Below, in pieces: positions 20,200 to 29,315 of a stretch of 33,461 nt of DNA. The stretch lies in the NCBI RefSeq assembly GCF_006345805.1, contig NW_021832724.1, forward strand, positions 1 through 33,461, read 5' to 3'. Position 1 is the stretch's first letter; every line of letters begins with the position of its first letter. This DNA comes from Octopus sinensis. Taxonomy: Eukaryota. The notes under the pieces are model-generated. The model made no database searches. It was given only the letters and a program-made list of their open reading frames with translations, and was not told the origin of the DNA. The translations under genes and the position numbers were made by a program.

Positions 20200-21262
20200 G
20201 ACTTCCAGATGCACGTGCTACCAGTTGAATCCTGCGCATACCCGATGATAGCAAGTTTTGCGGTTCATCAGGAGAGAATGCGCGCCGTTTCTGGGCCTTC
20301 CTATCGACGGCATTGTTGCTCACTGGTCCTAAGACAGGCGGGCTGGTAGAATTGTTAGCACGCCGGGTGAAATGCTTAGCCGTATTTCGTCTGCCGCTAC
20401 GTTCTGAGTTCAAATTCCGCCGAGGTCGACTTTGCCTTTCATCCTTTCGGGTCGATTTAATAAGTACCAGTTACGCACTGGGGTCGATATAATCGACTTA
20501 ATCCGTTTTCCTGTCCTTGTTTGTCCTCTCTGTGTTTAGCCCCTTATGGGTAGTTGAGAAATAGGTATTTCGTCTGTCGTTACGTTCCGAGTTCAAATTC
20601 CGCCGAGGTCGACTTTGTCTTTCATCCTTTCGATGTCGATAAATTAAGTACCAATTACGCACTGGGGTCGATGTAATCAACTTAAGCCCTTTGTCTGTCC
20701 TTGTTTGTCCTCTCTATGTTTAGCCCCTTGTGGGCAATAAAGAAATAAGAATTGTTAGCACGCTGGACGAAATACTTAGCAGTATTTCACCCGTCGCTAC
20801 ATTCTGAGTTCAAATTCCGCCGAGGTCGATTTTACCTTCCTTGCTTTCGGGGTCGATAAATTAAGTAACAGCTGAGTACTGGGGTCGACGTAATCGACGA
20901 TCCCCCTCCCACAAATTTCAGTCCTTGTGTCTATAACAGAAAGGATTATTGCTTACTGGTCCTACCTCGCTGTGATGAAGCTCTCCTTGCTAAATCAACT
21001 GGCTGCTAGGTTTCGCTCAATATTCTTCTAGCCATTGCTCGTCGTCTCTTTTTAACCATAATCCAGTGGCTTGCCTTTCCACTGTGGGCTGAATACCTCT
21101 CATGATGGTATTTGCTTTACAATTAGTTAGGCCTAGCAACAAAAAAATCGTTTTACTATTTGTCCAATGAATCTTCTACATCAACGCCGATTGGTAAATG
21201 CACAGCATTCCACATTTCTAATTAGCCCGTTGCATCTCTTGCTGTAATTTACTGCCAAACTT
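20200..21262 (-). pseudogene. RLE-type (R2 group, HERO-like) LINE 3' remnant, interrupted by the SINE trimer
   Basis: Minus strand, across frameshifts: WNAVHLPIGV-CRRFIGQ (21160-21180) IVKRFF-LLGLTNCKANTIMRGIQPTVE-ASHWI-WLKRDDEQWLEEY* (stop 21017-21019). This matches the P-x-E-V-G-C-R-G-F ... A-S-x-W-x-W-L-K-R C-terminus of this group. The extent of the 3' UTR is inferred. Confidence 0.65.
20337..20948 (+). mobile_element. Head-to-tail trimer of family A SINEs (A1, A1, A2 tails)
   Basis: Units 20337-20565, 20566-20748 and 20749-20948. Outer direct repeats TTGCT(C/T)ACTGGTCCTA at 20316-20331 and 20949-20964; inner direct repeats GAATTGTTAGCACGC at 20349-20363 and 20749-20763. Confidence 0.92.
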
Positions 21263-21491
21263 TTGCACATGTATGTATGTCGGGAGTTCAATTCCCAGTG
21301 GCACATTGCGTCCTTGAGGAAGGCATTCTACTTCGCGTTGCTCCACCGGGTATAACATCCTGAGTTCAAGTATTGTCAATGTTAACTTGCTTTACATATA
21401 CTTAGGGCCGATAAAATAAACTATTTACTAAGTATTAAGGTCGCTCATGACAGGCTGCACTTCAGCCCCTTCCCTCTAGTTTGTGACCCCC

Positions 21492-21643
21492 TGCCTATCT
21501 TAAAAAAAATTAATTTTAAGATCATGAGCATGATTTCGAACAGGATAATATTGAATTCAAAGTTTGGCACGAGGCCGGCGATTTCTGAGGAGGTGGTCTC
21601 GTCGATTACATCAACTCCAGTAGTGATTTGGTGTTTATTTTAT
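21492..21643. repeat. 152-bp local duplicate of 18422-18573 (SINE 3' half plus flank)
   Basis: Shares non-SINE flank (TGCCT.TCTT.AAAAAAATTA.TTT.AAGATCATGAGCA...TTCGAACAGGATAATATTG) and private SINE variants. Confidence 0.85.
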
Positions 21644-21799
21644 ACACAAGGACACATATGTCTGCATACGCCACACACTTATATGCACACACAAAAAGTC
21701 ACTTTATGTCTAAGAGAGATAAATAGACAGGTAGATAGATATATAGATCGAGTGATTGATTGATCGATTGATTGATAGTGAAAACAATAACAGTAAAGG

Positions 21800-22200
21800 C
21801 AAAAATGCATAGCACATAACAATATGAACAATTGTAGTACTTAGCAAATCTAGGGGTCAGTATGGAAGTGTGTTAGATTGTGTTTAAGATAAAGAGGATA
21901 AATTTCAACAATATCCAGTAGATTATAGAGCTTATCGTTACTACTGAATCTTCTAATGACTAGCATTGCCTAGTAATCCAGTATTACAGTCGTAGGTGAA
22001 TAGTCTTCTGAATGTTATTATTAATATTATTTAGGATTGTCTTACTAATCTTATCTTAGGTTTAGCTGGGTTAATTAAGTTGCATTCATGGTCAGATGCA
22101 AAGCTTCCTTATCGTCCTTCATCGTAATAAACGCTTGGCGTTTAGCGAACATTTCTAACTTTGTTCTCTGTTTTGCTTCATTAGCTAGTAAAACGCTTTC
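21800..22200 (-). pseudogene. Penelope-like element reverse transcriptase remnant
   Basis: Minus strand, across frameshifts: EMFAKRQAFITMKDDKE (AFITMKDDKE at 22105-22134), CNLINPAK (LINPAK at 22061-22078), ISKTILNNINNNI, LLDIVEIYP (DIVEIYP at 21895-21915), RFAKY. These match the PLE RT motifs AFITLKDHK, CRLINPAK and FDIxxFYPS in the expected order. Confidence 0.7.
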
Positions 22201-22677
22201 CCCTCAAATAACTACCCCCGCTAGGTGGGGGTTGTAGCTTGTCCAGTATTCAGTTGTATTATATTCTTCTTACTTATAAACCTGGTTTGTTACTTGTTGA
22301 CCAATCAATAAGGTTTATGAGTTACTGTTTGCGGAGACGTTTAAAGTTAATTAGAATGTTACACTACTTAAGGCATCAGCAGCTTGTTTCCTAATGGCTC
22401 ACTTCTAATATTTTCACTTGCTATTTTTTCCTGATTCACATGTGTATTATATCATGTATAAAAAATATCCCAGCACATTCCTCCATTTTCAATAGAGGCA
22501 ATGATTATACAAAGATTAAGTAAATCGAGAAACAAAGTCTTAAAGTCATCAATGGATCACAAATAAATTAAATTGGAAAATTTTTGTGGTAAAATCAAAA
22601 TCTTATAGTAAACACCTCAGTGGCTTCTTGTGGGTCGCAGTTCACTCGTTACCTTTCTCTGGTATTTATGCAATGTT

Positions 22678-22825
22678 TCGGTTTTGATTCCTGGACCGGG
22701 ATATGCGTTGTGTTCTTGAGCAAATAACTTCCCTTCAAGGCTTGTAGAAATGAATAATTCTGCGACAGAGCGGCGTTCCGTCCGGGGAGGAATATATATG
22801 CCAGAGAAACAGGAAAACCGGTACT
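22678..22825 (+). mobile_element. SINE family D, diverged partial copy
   Basis: GGTTTTGATTCCTGGACCGGG...GCGTTGTGTTCTTGAGCAAA...CTGCGACAGAGCGGCGTTCCGTCC...GAAACAGGAAAACCGG. Confidence 0.7.
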
Positions 22826-23161
22826 ATCCTCCGTACGGAGAAATGTGGACTAACCAACCTAAACTCACTTTTTTTTTACCAATATTTTTAACATAGGGAA
22901 ATTATTTGTACAGGAAAATCTTTCATTATTTGTTTGAATTGATAATGTTTGATTCCACCCGATATCAAGTTCTGTTTTAAAGAGAGAGAAAGAGATAGAG
23001 AGAGAGAGAGTGTGAGTGAGTATTGTGTGGTTGTACCATCTTTCTTTCTACTGGAAATATCAGCCAAATCTCCATCCGCTCATATTCTTCCCCATCTTGT
23101 GAATATATATCTTCTTGAATAAGGATATATTAGATAATGTAGGCCTCAGTAACTCTAAGAG

Positions 23162-23210
<49 letters not shown>

Positions 23211-23310
23211 CGTGGATGGAATGGAGTTGTTCATGAATTCACTCGACCACACCTCATGTGTGTGGCGAAGCACCACCAAAATCAGAAAGAAATATAAGCA
23301 GAAATATTTT

Positions 23311-23726
23311 AGGAGTAGCTGTGTGGTAAGTAGCTTGCTTACCAACCACATGGTTCCAAGTTCAGTCTCACTGCGTGGCACCTTGGGCAAGTGTCTTCTA
23401 CTATAGCTTCGGGCTGACCAAAGCCTTGTGAGTGGATTTGGTTGACGGAAACTGAAAGAAGCCCGTCGTATATATGTATATATATAAATATATGTATGCG
23501 TGTGTATATGTTTGTGTATCTGTGTTTGACCCCCCTCCCCAACATCGCTTGACAACCAATACTGGTGTGTTTAGGTCCTCGTAACTTAGCGGTTCGGCAA
23601 AAGAGACCGATAGAATAAGTACTAGGCTTACAAAGAATAAGTCCTTGGGTCGATTTGCTCGACCAAAGGCGATGCTCCAGCATGGCCACAGTCAAATGAC
23701 TGAAACAAGTAAAAGAGTAAAGAGAG
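23311..23726 (+). mobile_element. SINE family B, near full length
   Basis: AGGAGTAGCTGTGTGGTAAG...GCACCTTGGGCAAGTGTC...CCAGCATGGCCACAGTCAAATGACTGAAACAAGTAAAAGAG; no TSD seen. Confidence 0.93.
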
Positions 23727-23756
23727 AATTTCGGTTTTGTACTTCTCTTTTTTTTT

Positions 23757-23825
23757 CTTGAAGATTCTTGATGTGAGTTCGCATGTTGAACCATATTTTG
23801 TTGTATCTCGCGGGTGTCATTATAT
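23757..23825 (+). repeat. Fragment of unclassified interspersed repeat F
   Basis: AAGATTCTTGATGTGAGTTCGCATGTTGAACCATATT resembles 26066-26101. Confidence 0.6.
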
Positions 23826-23905
23826 GAATAATAAACACAAAACAATGGATCCATTAACTGTTACGTTGAAATCTATTTATCTGACGTGAGTTTATATATT
23901 TGAGA

Positions 23906-24513
23906 GTGGAGGCGCAATGGCCCAGTGGTTAGGGCAACGGACTCGCGGTCATAGGATCGCGGTTTCGATTCCCAGACAGGGCGTTGTGAGTGTTTATCGA
24001 GCGAAAACACCTAAAGCTCCACGAGGCTCCGGCAGGGGATGGTGGTGATCCCTGCTGTACTCTTTCACCACAACTTTCTCTCACTCTTACTTCCTGTTTC
24101 TGATGTACCTGTATTTCAAAGGGCCGGCCTTGTCACTCTCTGTGTCACGCTGAATATCCCCGAGAACTACGTTAAGGGTACACGTGTCTGTGAGCTGACA
24201 GAAACGTTAGCACGCCGGGCGAAATGCTTAGCGGTATTTCGTCTGCGTTACGTTGTGAGTTCAAATTCCGCCGAGGTCGACTTTGCCTTTCATCCTTTCG
24301 GGGTCGATAAATTAAGTACCAGTTATGCACTGGGATCGATATAATCGACTTAATACCTATGTCTGTCCTTGTTTGTTCCCTCTGTGTTTAGCCCCTTGTG
24401 GGTAATAAAGAAATAGGAGTGCTCAGCCACTTGCACGTTAATTTCACGAGCAGGCTGTTCCGTTGATTCGGATCAACCGGAACCCTCATCGTCGTAACCG
24501 ACGGAGTGCTTCC
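23906..24513 (+). mobile_element. tRNA-derived SINE family C, full length, 12-bp TSD, interrupted by a family A SINE
   Basis: Head GTGGAGGCGCAATGGCCCAGTGG (A-box)...GGTTTCGATTCC (B-box); TSD ATATATTTGAGA at 23894-23905 and 24514-24525. Confidence 0.9.
24192..24415 (+). mobile_element. SINE family A (A1 tail) nested in SINE C
   Basis: GAGCTGACAGAAACGTTAGCACGCCGGGCG...AAAGAAATA inserted between GTGTCTGT and GGAGTGCTCAGCC; no TSD. Confidence 0.92.
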
Positions 24514-25139
24514 ATATATTTGAGAAAGACAATTGTGAAAAGCCGAACATAGATAGGATTGAACTCGAACATCATAGCTAAGCTAAACACAGAAAAAAAA
24601 AGAAATTTGTTCAGTGTTCCACCAATCATGCCATTCCGTCGCCTCCCTTGCTGATTACTGAAATAAAAAGGTCAACTGAAATATATATATTTTTTGCTTA
24701 AATTCCCACTTTAAACCGAGCGCCAACGATATCAATGACATCTTGGGAGAACGCCCAGAAGCAAACCAGCCTAACTGATTTTAAATGAAGGAATAATTAT
24801 CAACATAGCCATGTTAATGGCTATTAACGTCCGTTCGAAATTAAGAAAATCGTTTGTCATTTTTTTGTGAAATAACAAGATTTACTTACAGCCTTGAGTG
24901 GTTATATTGCATTTTTTTTTTGTCCCCTTCCATCTCCGTTTTCTCTGTTGCTATTATTGGCAGGTGTTGCATTATACTGAAACACACTGCAGTTTTGAGT
25001 GAGTTAGGCTGTGCAAAGGCAAACACATTTCTCAATATAGAAAGCTAATTTATATATATATATATAGGGTGGCGAATACTCGTTATAAATATCACCACCA
25101 GTGGCCTAGCATGTACAAAAAGTCAATAGAGAACATATT

Positions 25140-25509
25140 CGTATTTCAAAATAGAAAATTACCCTTTAACAGGTAATTTTTACATGCTAGAAATAGCAGC
25201 CAAACACGGCCAAAATCCACAATTTTATAGGAAATTTCGAAGTAAATGAAAAATAAAAACCTTTACCTTATTATATAACGGTTATACCATGGTCTCAAAT
25301 TTCTTTAGTAAATAATATTGCTTGCCATCTTTTAATAGATAATTTAGCAAGACCATGTTATCTACCAGGCGTTATATAACAAGGTAAAGGTTGTTTTTTT
25401 TCATTTACTTCGAAATTTGCTATAGAATTGTGGTTTTTGGCCGTGTTTGGCTGCTATTTCTAGCATGTAAAAATTACCTGTTAAAGGGTAATTTTCTATT
25501 TTGAAATAC

Positions 25510-25510
<1 letters not shown>
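25140..25510. mobile_element. Foldback/MITE-like element with 141-bp terminal inverted repeats
   Basis: Arms 25140-25280 and 25370-25510 differ at 6 positions and the outer 76 bp are perfect; 89-bp spacer; no clear TSD. Confidence 0.8.
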
Positions 25511-25544
<34 letters not shown>

Positions 25545-26045
25545 ATTATTCATTTGTTCATATAGTGTCTTGTGTTACATCTATAAATGGAAGAACGTAT
25601 TACAAATATACACACATATATATATACAGAGATACAGAAATATATACATACATATACACGCACGCGCGCGCACACATGGATACATTAGGCTGCGTGACCA
25701 CCTCACGCAGACATATGCTGAAGGATTAACTTACCCTGTCAATCGGAGAAGTTTATATTCAACCTTGCTTCTCGTTTCACAGGGTATATTCATCTTTTGG
25801 CAAAAAACAGCATAGTACAGGTGGTGCTAAGTGTTTAATTACAACATACCTTGAAATACTTTATGAGTAATACGTTGTACCTGACTTTGGTCTTCTCATT
25901 TGGATGGTCGAAATTGTAGTGTTGCCGTGGTGTTAGTTAGCAAATATATAAGGATTACAGTAAGCGTGGTGTTCTGTTGCTGTAGATAATGCTACAACAT
26001 TTGGCATCTACTACATATATTTATGTATGTATATATATATATTTC

Positions 26046-26267
26046 GTTTTGGGATTTGGTTTGCAAGATTCTTTATGTGAGTTCGTGTGTTGAAGCATAT
26101 TCTGTAGTGTCTGGGGAGAGTCATTGTCTTTTTGTGCCTTATATTGAAAAGGTTGCAAGACACTACGAAGATTTTTGAAAAATAAGAATAAAAATAAGAA
26201 ATAGGTGGAAATTTTACCGGTGAGTGTGTTAAATTATGAGGCACAAAAAGAAAATGACTCTCCCCAG
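26046..26267. repeat. Interspersed repeat F with a 35-bp inverted duplication
   Basis: 26111-26145 versus the reverse complement of 26233-26267, 3 mismatches. Confidence 0.7.
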
Positions 26268-26390
26268 GTACATCTGTATCTTTTGCCGAACCGCTTGGTT
26301 ACGGGAATATATTCGGGAATGATAGACCTTTGTCAAGTGAAAACAGAGGATGGCATCGAACTTTTATCTTTTACTTTGATATCTCACAGT

Positions 26391-26663
26391 GTTGTTGTTG
26401 TTTGTTCCTTCTCGATCCACGCCTGGCTCATAACGACCGGTTTCTCGGTTTCTTTGGCGTACAGGTTCCCCACCTGGACGGGACGCCGATCCGTTGCAGG
26501 TGAGCTACAAGATGCAGGAGGAAAGAGTGAGAGAAAGTTGTGGCGAAAGAGTCAGCAAAAGTTCGCCATTACCTTCTGCCGGAGTCGTGCGGAGCTTAGG
26601 TGTTTCGCTCATAAACACACACATCGCCCGGTCTGAGATTCGAACCCGCTATCCCTCGACCAC
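26391..26663 (-). mobile_element. SINE family E (C-type head and body, D-type tail), 5'-truncated, 13-bp TSD
   Basis: TSD GATATCTCACAGT at 26378-26390 and 26664-26676; (CAA)n tail; B-box GGGTTCGAATC on the minus strand. Confidence 0.9.
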
Positions 26664-26734
26664 GATATCTCACAGTACTTCACTCAAACTACATTGTTAC
26701 ATACGTATATGCGGTGAGATGCATGTCTTCTGTT

Positions 26735-27140
26735 GGGCATGTGCCAAATTTTGGCATTGAAAGCTACACCAATGCCAGAACGGGACGACACTGCATAGTG
26801 CCAAAGATCCCAGCAATGCCATCACGCTTCAGGAACAGTTACTGCAACAGCCTGGGTTTCAAGGGCCCACAGCTTTTTAATATTCTCCCAAAGAGTCTGA
26901 GGAACTTGCACAAAGTAGATGCAGGGGTTTTTAAATCAAAGCTGGACCTCTTCCTGTCGAGAGCCCCAGACGAACCTACCTCACGGCAAGAGGTGCAAAT
27001 GAGGGTAGCTATTTCAAACTCCATTCTTCACCAAGTGCCACATATTAGAGGAGGCTCTTAATAATAACAGTGTAGCAAAACAGCGGTGCATCAGCATGGA
27101 CGCAGCTCTGAGCTGAAACTAAAAATGAAAGAAAAAAGTA
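26735..27140 (+). pseudogene. CR1-group LINE 3' end (ORF2 C-terminus plus 3' UTR), 5'-truncated
   Basis: Open frame GHVPNFGI...RTGRHCIVP...NSLGFKGPQLFNILPKSLRN...FKSKLDLFLSRAPDEP...SNSILHQ, stop at 27059-27061, matching the G-P-x-L-F-N-x-L-P...F-K-x-x-L-D-x-F-L end of CR1/L2-group ORF2; A-rich end. Confidence 0.82.
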
Positions 27141-27835
27141 AGCAAACTCATAGATAAAAAAGCATATAAACTAAGAAAGAAAATGTTAAGTCAGAACTAG
27201 AGGAATCCTCATAAGCAAATAAGGCATATCCAGGTCCCTCTTTATGAAGGTCCCCCTTTTACCAATATCAGGCATGAAAAGAGAGCCGTGGAAATGAAAT
27301 GAAATAGATCAAAGATCACACCACTGTCGGAGCGCCAGCATGGGCACAGAGAATGGTTGAATTCATCTAAAATTGTATGTGTGCGTGTGTTTATTTACGT
27401 TTTCCCTGTTTCAGCCGGTCACCTTGATGGGGTACACCTTCAAGAATTTACTAATACCTAATAGGATTCTCAACTACTCCATCACCTTCATATATGTACA
27501 CACGATATCAAGTTCTGTTTTAGAGAGAGAGAGAGAGGGGGGAGAGAGAGAGATAGAGAGAGAAAGAGAGAGAGAGAAAGAGAGACAAAGAAACATGTAG
27601 ACAGATTTCTCGTTTATTTCATAAATCGTACGCTTTATCTTTCAACTTCTTGCTAGTAGCCCGGCAGCGTTTAGCAGTTAACGCCACCATATTGAACAAT
27701 ATATTCAATAAGGCGTCGAAACTGTAATGATTTTTGCTTAATAACTGGTGAGGGACGAATGTACCCGCGTCGTTCTTCGTTTTTTTTCCTGTTTTCTATA
27801 TGTTCATCTTCCTGCTATGTCACATTTTATGACAC

Positions 27836-28021
27836 ACACACACACATATACACATACATGTACATATACATTCATTCATTCATACATATATACATACATA
27901 CATACATACATATACATTCATTCATACATACATACATACATACATACATACATACATACATACATACATAATACATACATACATATATACATACATATAT
28001 GCATACACACACACTCACACA

Positions 28022-28078
<57 letters not shown>
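27836..28078. repeat. (CA)/(TACA)/(TA)n compound microsatellite
   Basis: Directly visible. Confidence 0.95.
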
Positions 28079-28215
28079 CACACAGTTGAAATTTACAGAA
28101 AAACAAAAGACGAATACAGGTGTATGAGAAAACAAGCAGGTGTATTAGTTGAGGCTCGGGAAAGTGAGAAAGTCCTTTATGTTTCGAGCCTACGCTCTTT
28201 CAATATACAGGAATG
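28079..28215 (-). mobile_element. Short element ending at (TA)n with a decayed hammerhead-like motif, putative Penelope pLTR-derived
   Basis: Minus strand CTGTATATTGAAAGAGC(GTAG)GCTCGAAACATAAAGG, then a T-rich tail into (TA)n; same layout as 17165-17363. Confidence 0.45.
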
Positions 28216-28545
28216 AGAGAAGATAAACACGGTTTGCCTGCTTTACATTTTCGATCGAGTAAAAATTTTCCCTTTCTTTGCGATACCTTTACAAAAATAC
28301 TTCATCGTTTCGGGTTTTTCATTTTCAGTTAATTTTGCTTCTATTTCTTTTTATCCACATAGAGGTAAACCCTTCAATGAACTGTCACTTGCAAGTATTT
28401 TTGTGTATTTTTAAATGCTTTGTTAATATTTTCGAGATTATAATCTTAGACGTCAAGAAAGTCAATTTATCTGGAAATGAATATAAATTTCTTCCACCAA
28501 AATTCAAATTTGCGAGGGTTTACCAGAATCAGCGAATTTAATATG

Positions 28546-28740
28546 AAGTTTAAAATAAAGATAACTGACAGAGTAATCAAAGGAAAGAAAGAAAACTGGG
28601 AAAAAGAACTAGTATGATTACGGGCTTTTTAAGAGCCTTAAAATACATGACATAAATATATAGATACATTATGGAAACAATGGGGAAAGCTCGATTGTCT
28701 TGGGTAGAAAAAATATAATAATGTAGCATTTATATATATA
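28546..28740. repeat. Local duplicate of 31159-31345
   Basis: AAGTTT.AAATAAAGATAA...CTGACAGAGTAATCAA.GGAAAGAAAGAAAACTGGGAAAAAGAACTAGTATGAT...TACATTATGGAAACAATGGGGAAAG occurs at both places. Confidence 0.9.
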
Positions 28741-28766
28741 CACAAACATGCATATATATATATATA

Positions 28767-28942
28767 GGCGCAGGAGAGGCTGTGTGGTAAGTAGCTTGTT
28801 TACTAACCACATGGTTCCGGGTTCAGTCCCACTGCATGGCAACTTGGGCAAGTGTCTTCTACTATAGCCTCGGGCCGACCAAAGCCTTGTGAGTGGATTT
28901 GGTAGACGGAAACTGAAAGAAGCCCGTCGTATATATGTATAT

Positions 28943-29013
<71 letters not shown>

Positions 29014-29185
29014 GCGTGTGTGTGTTTGTGTATCTGAGTTTGTCCCCCTAGCATTGGTTGACAACCGATGCTGGTGTGCTTACGTCCCCCGTCACCTAGC
29101 GGTTCAGCAAAAACAGACCGATAGAATAAGTACTAGGCTAACAAAGAATAAGTCCTGACTGAAATAAGTAAAATAGTAAAAGAGT
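28767..29185 (+). mobile_element. SINE family B with a ~50-bp deletion in the tail
   Basis: GGCGCAGGAGAGGCTGTGTGG head; AGTCCTG is joined directly to ACTGAAA at about 29151-29164. Confidence 0.9.
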
Positions 29186-29315
29186 AATATATATATATAT
29201 ATATATATATATAGATATATATATATATATATTATATATATATATATATATACTACACACACACCTGTACATATGATATATATATATATATTATATATAT
29301 ATATATATGTATATA

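Noticed and set aside
20254-20271. CTGATGA...AAAAC on the minus strand in the LINE 3' UTR
   Set aside because: No helix II and no GAAA; a chance match to the hammerhead core.
20337-20948. Regularly spaced direct repeats suggestive of a CRISPR-like array
   Set aside because: The units are ~200-bp SINE monomers with no unique spacers; eukaryotic context and no cas genes.
25690-25710. 8-bp GC-rich hairpin (also 7-bp at 29977-29995 and 9-bp at 11917-11939)
   Set aside because: No Helitron-type CTRR end follows, and short hairpins of this size are expected by chance in 33 kb.
25765-25825. Strong-looking splice acceptor TTGCTTCTCGTTTCACAG|G
   Set aside because: The following donor is weak and no recognisable peptide results; cannot support an exon without RNA data.
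27745-27771. CTGGTGA-GGG...CCC-G-CGTC, a hammerhead-like outline
   Set aside because: The core has an A6-to-G change, lacks the AAA of GAAA and has no convincing helix I; at most a very decayed relic.
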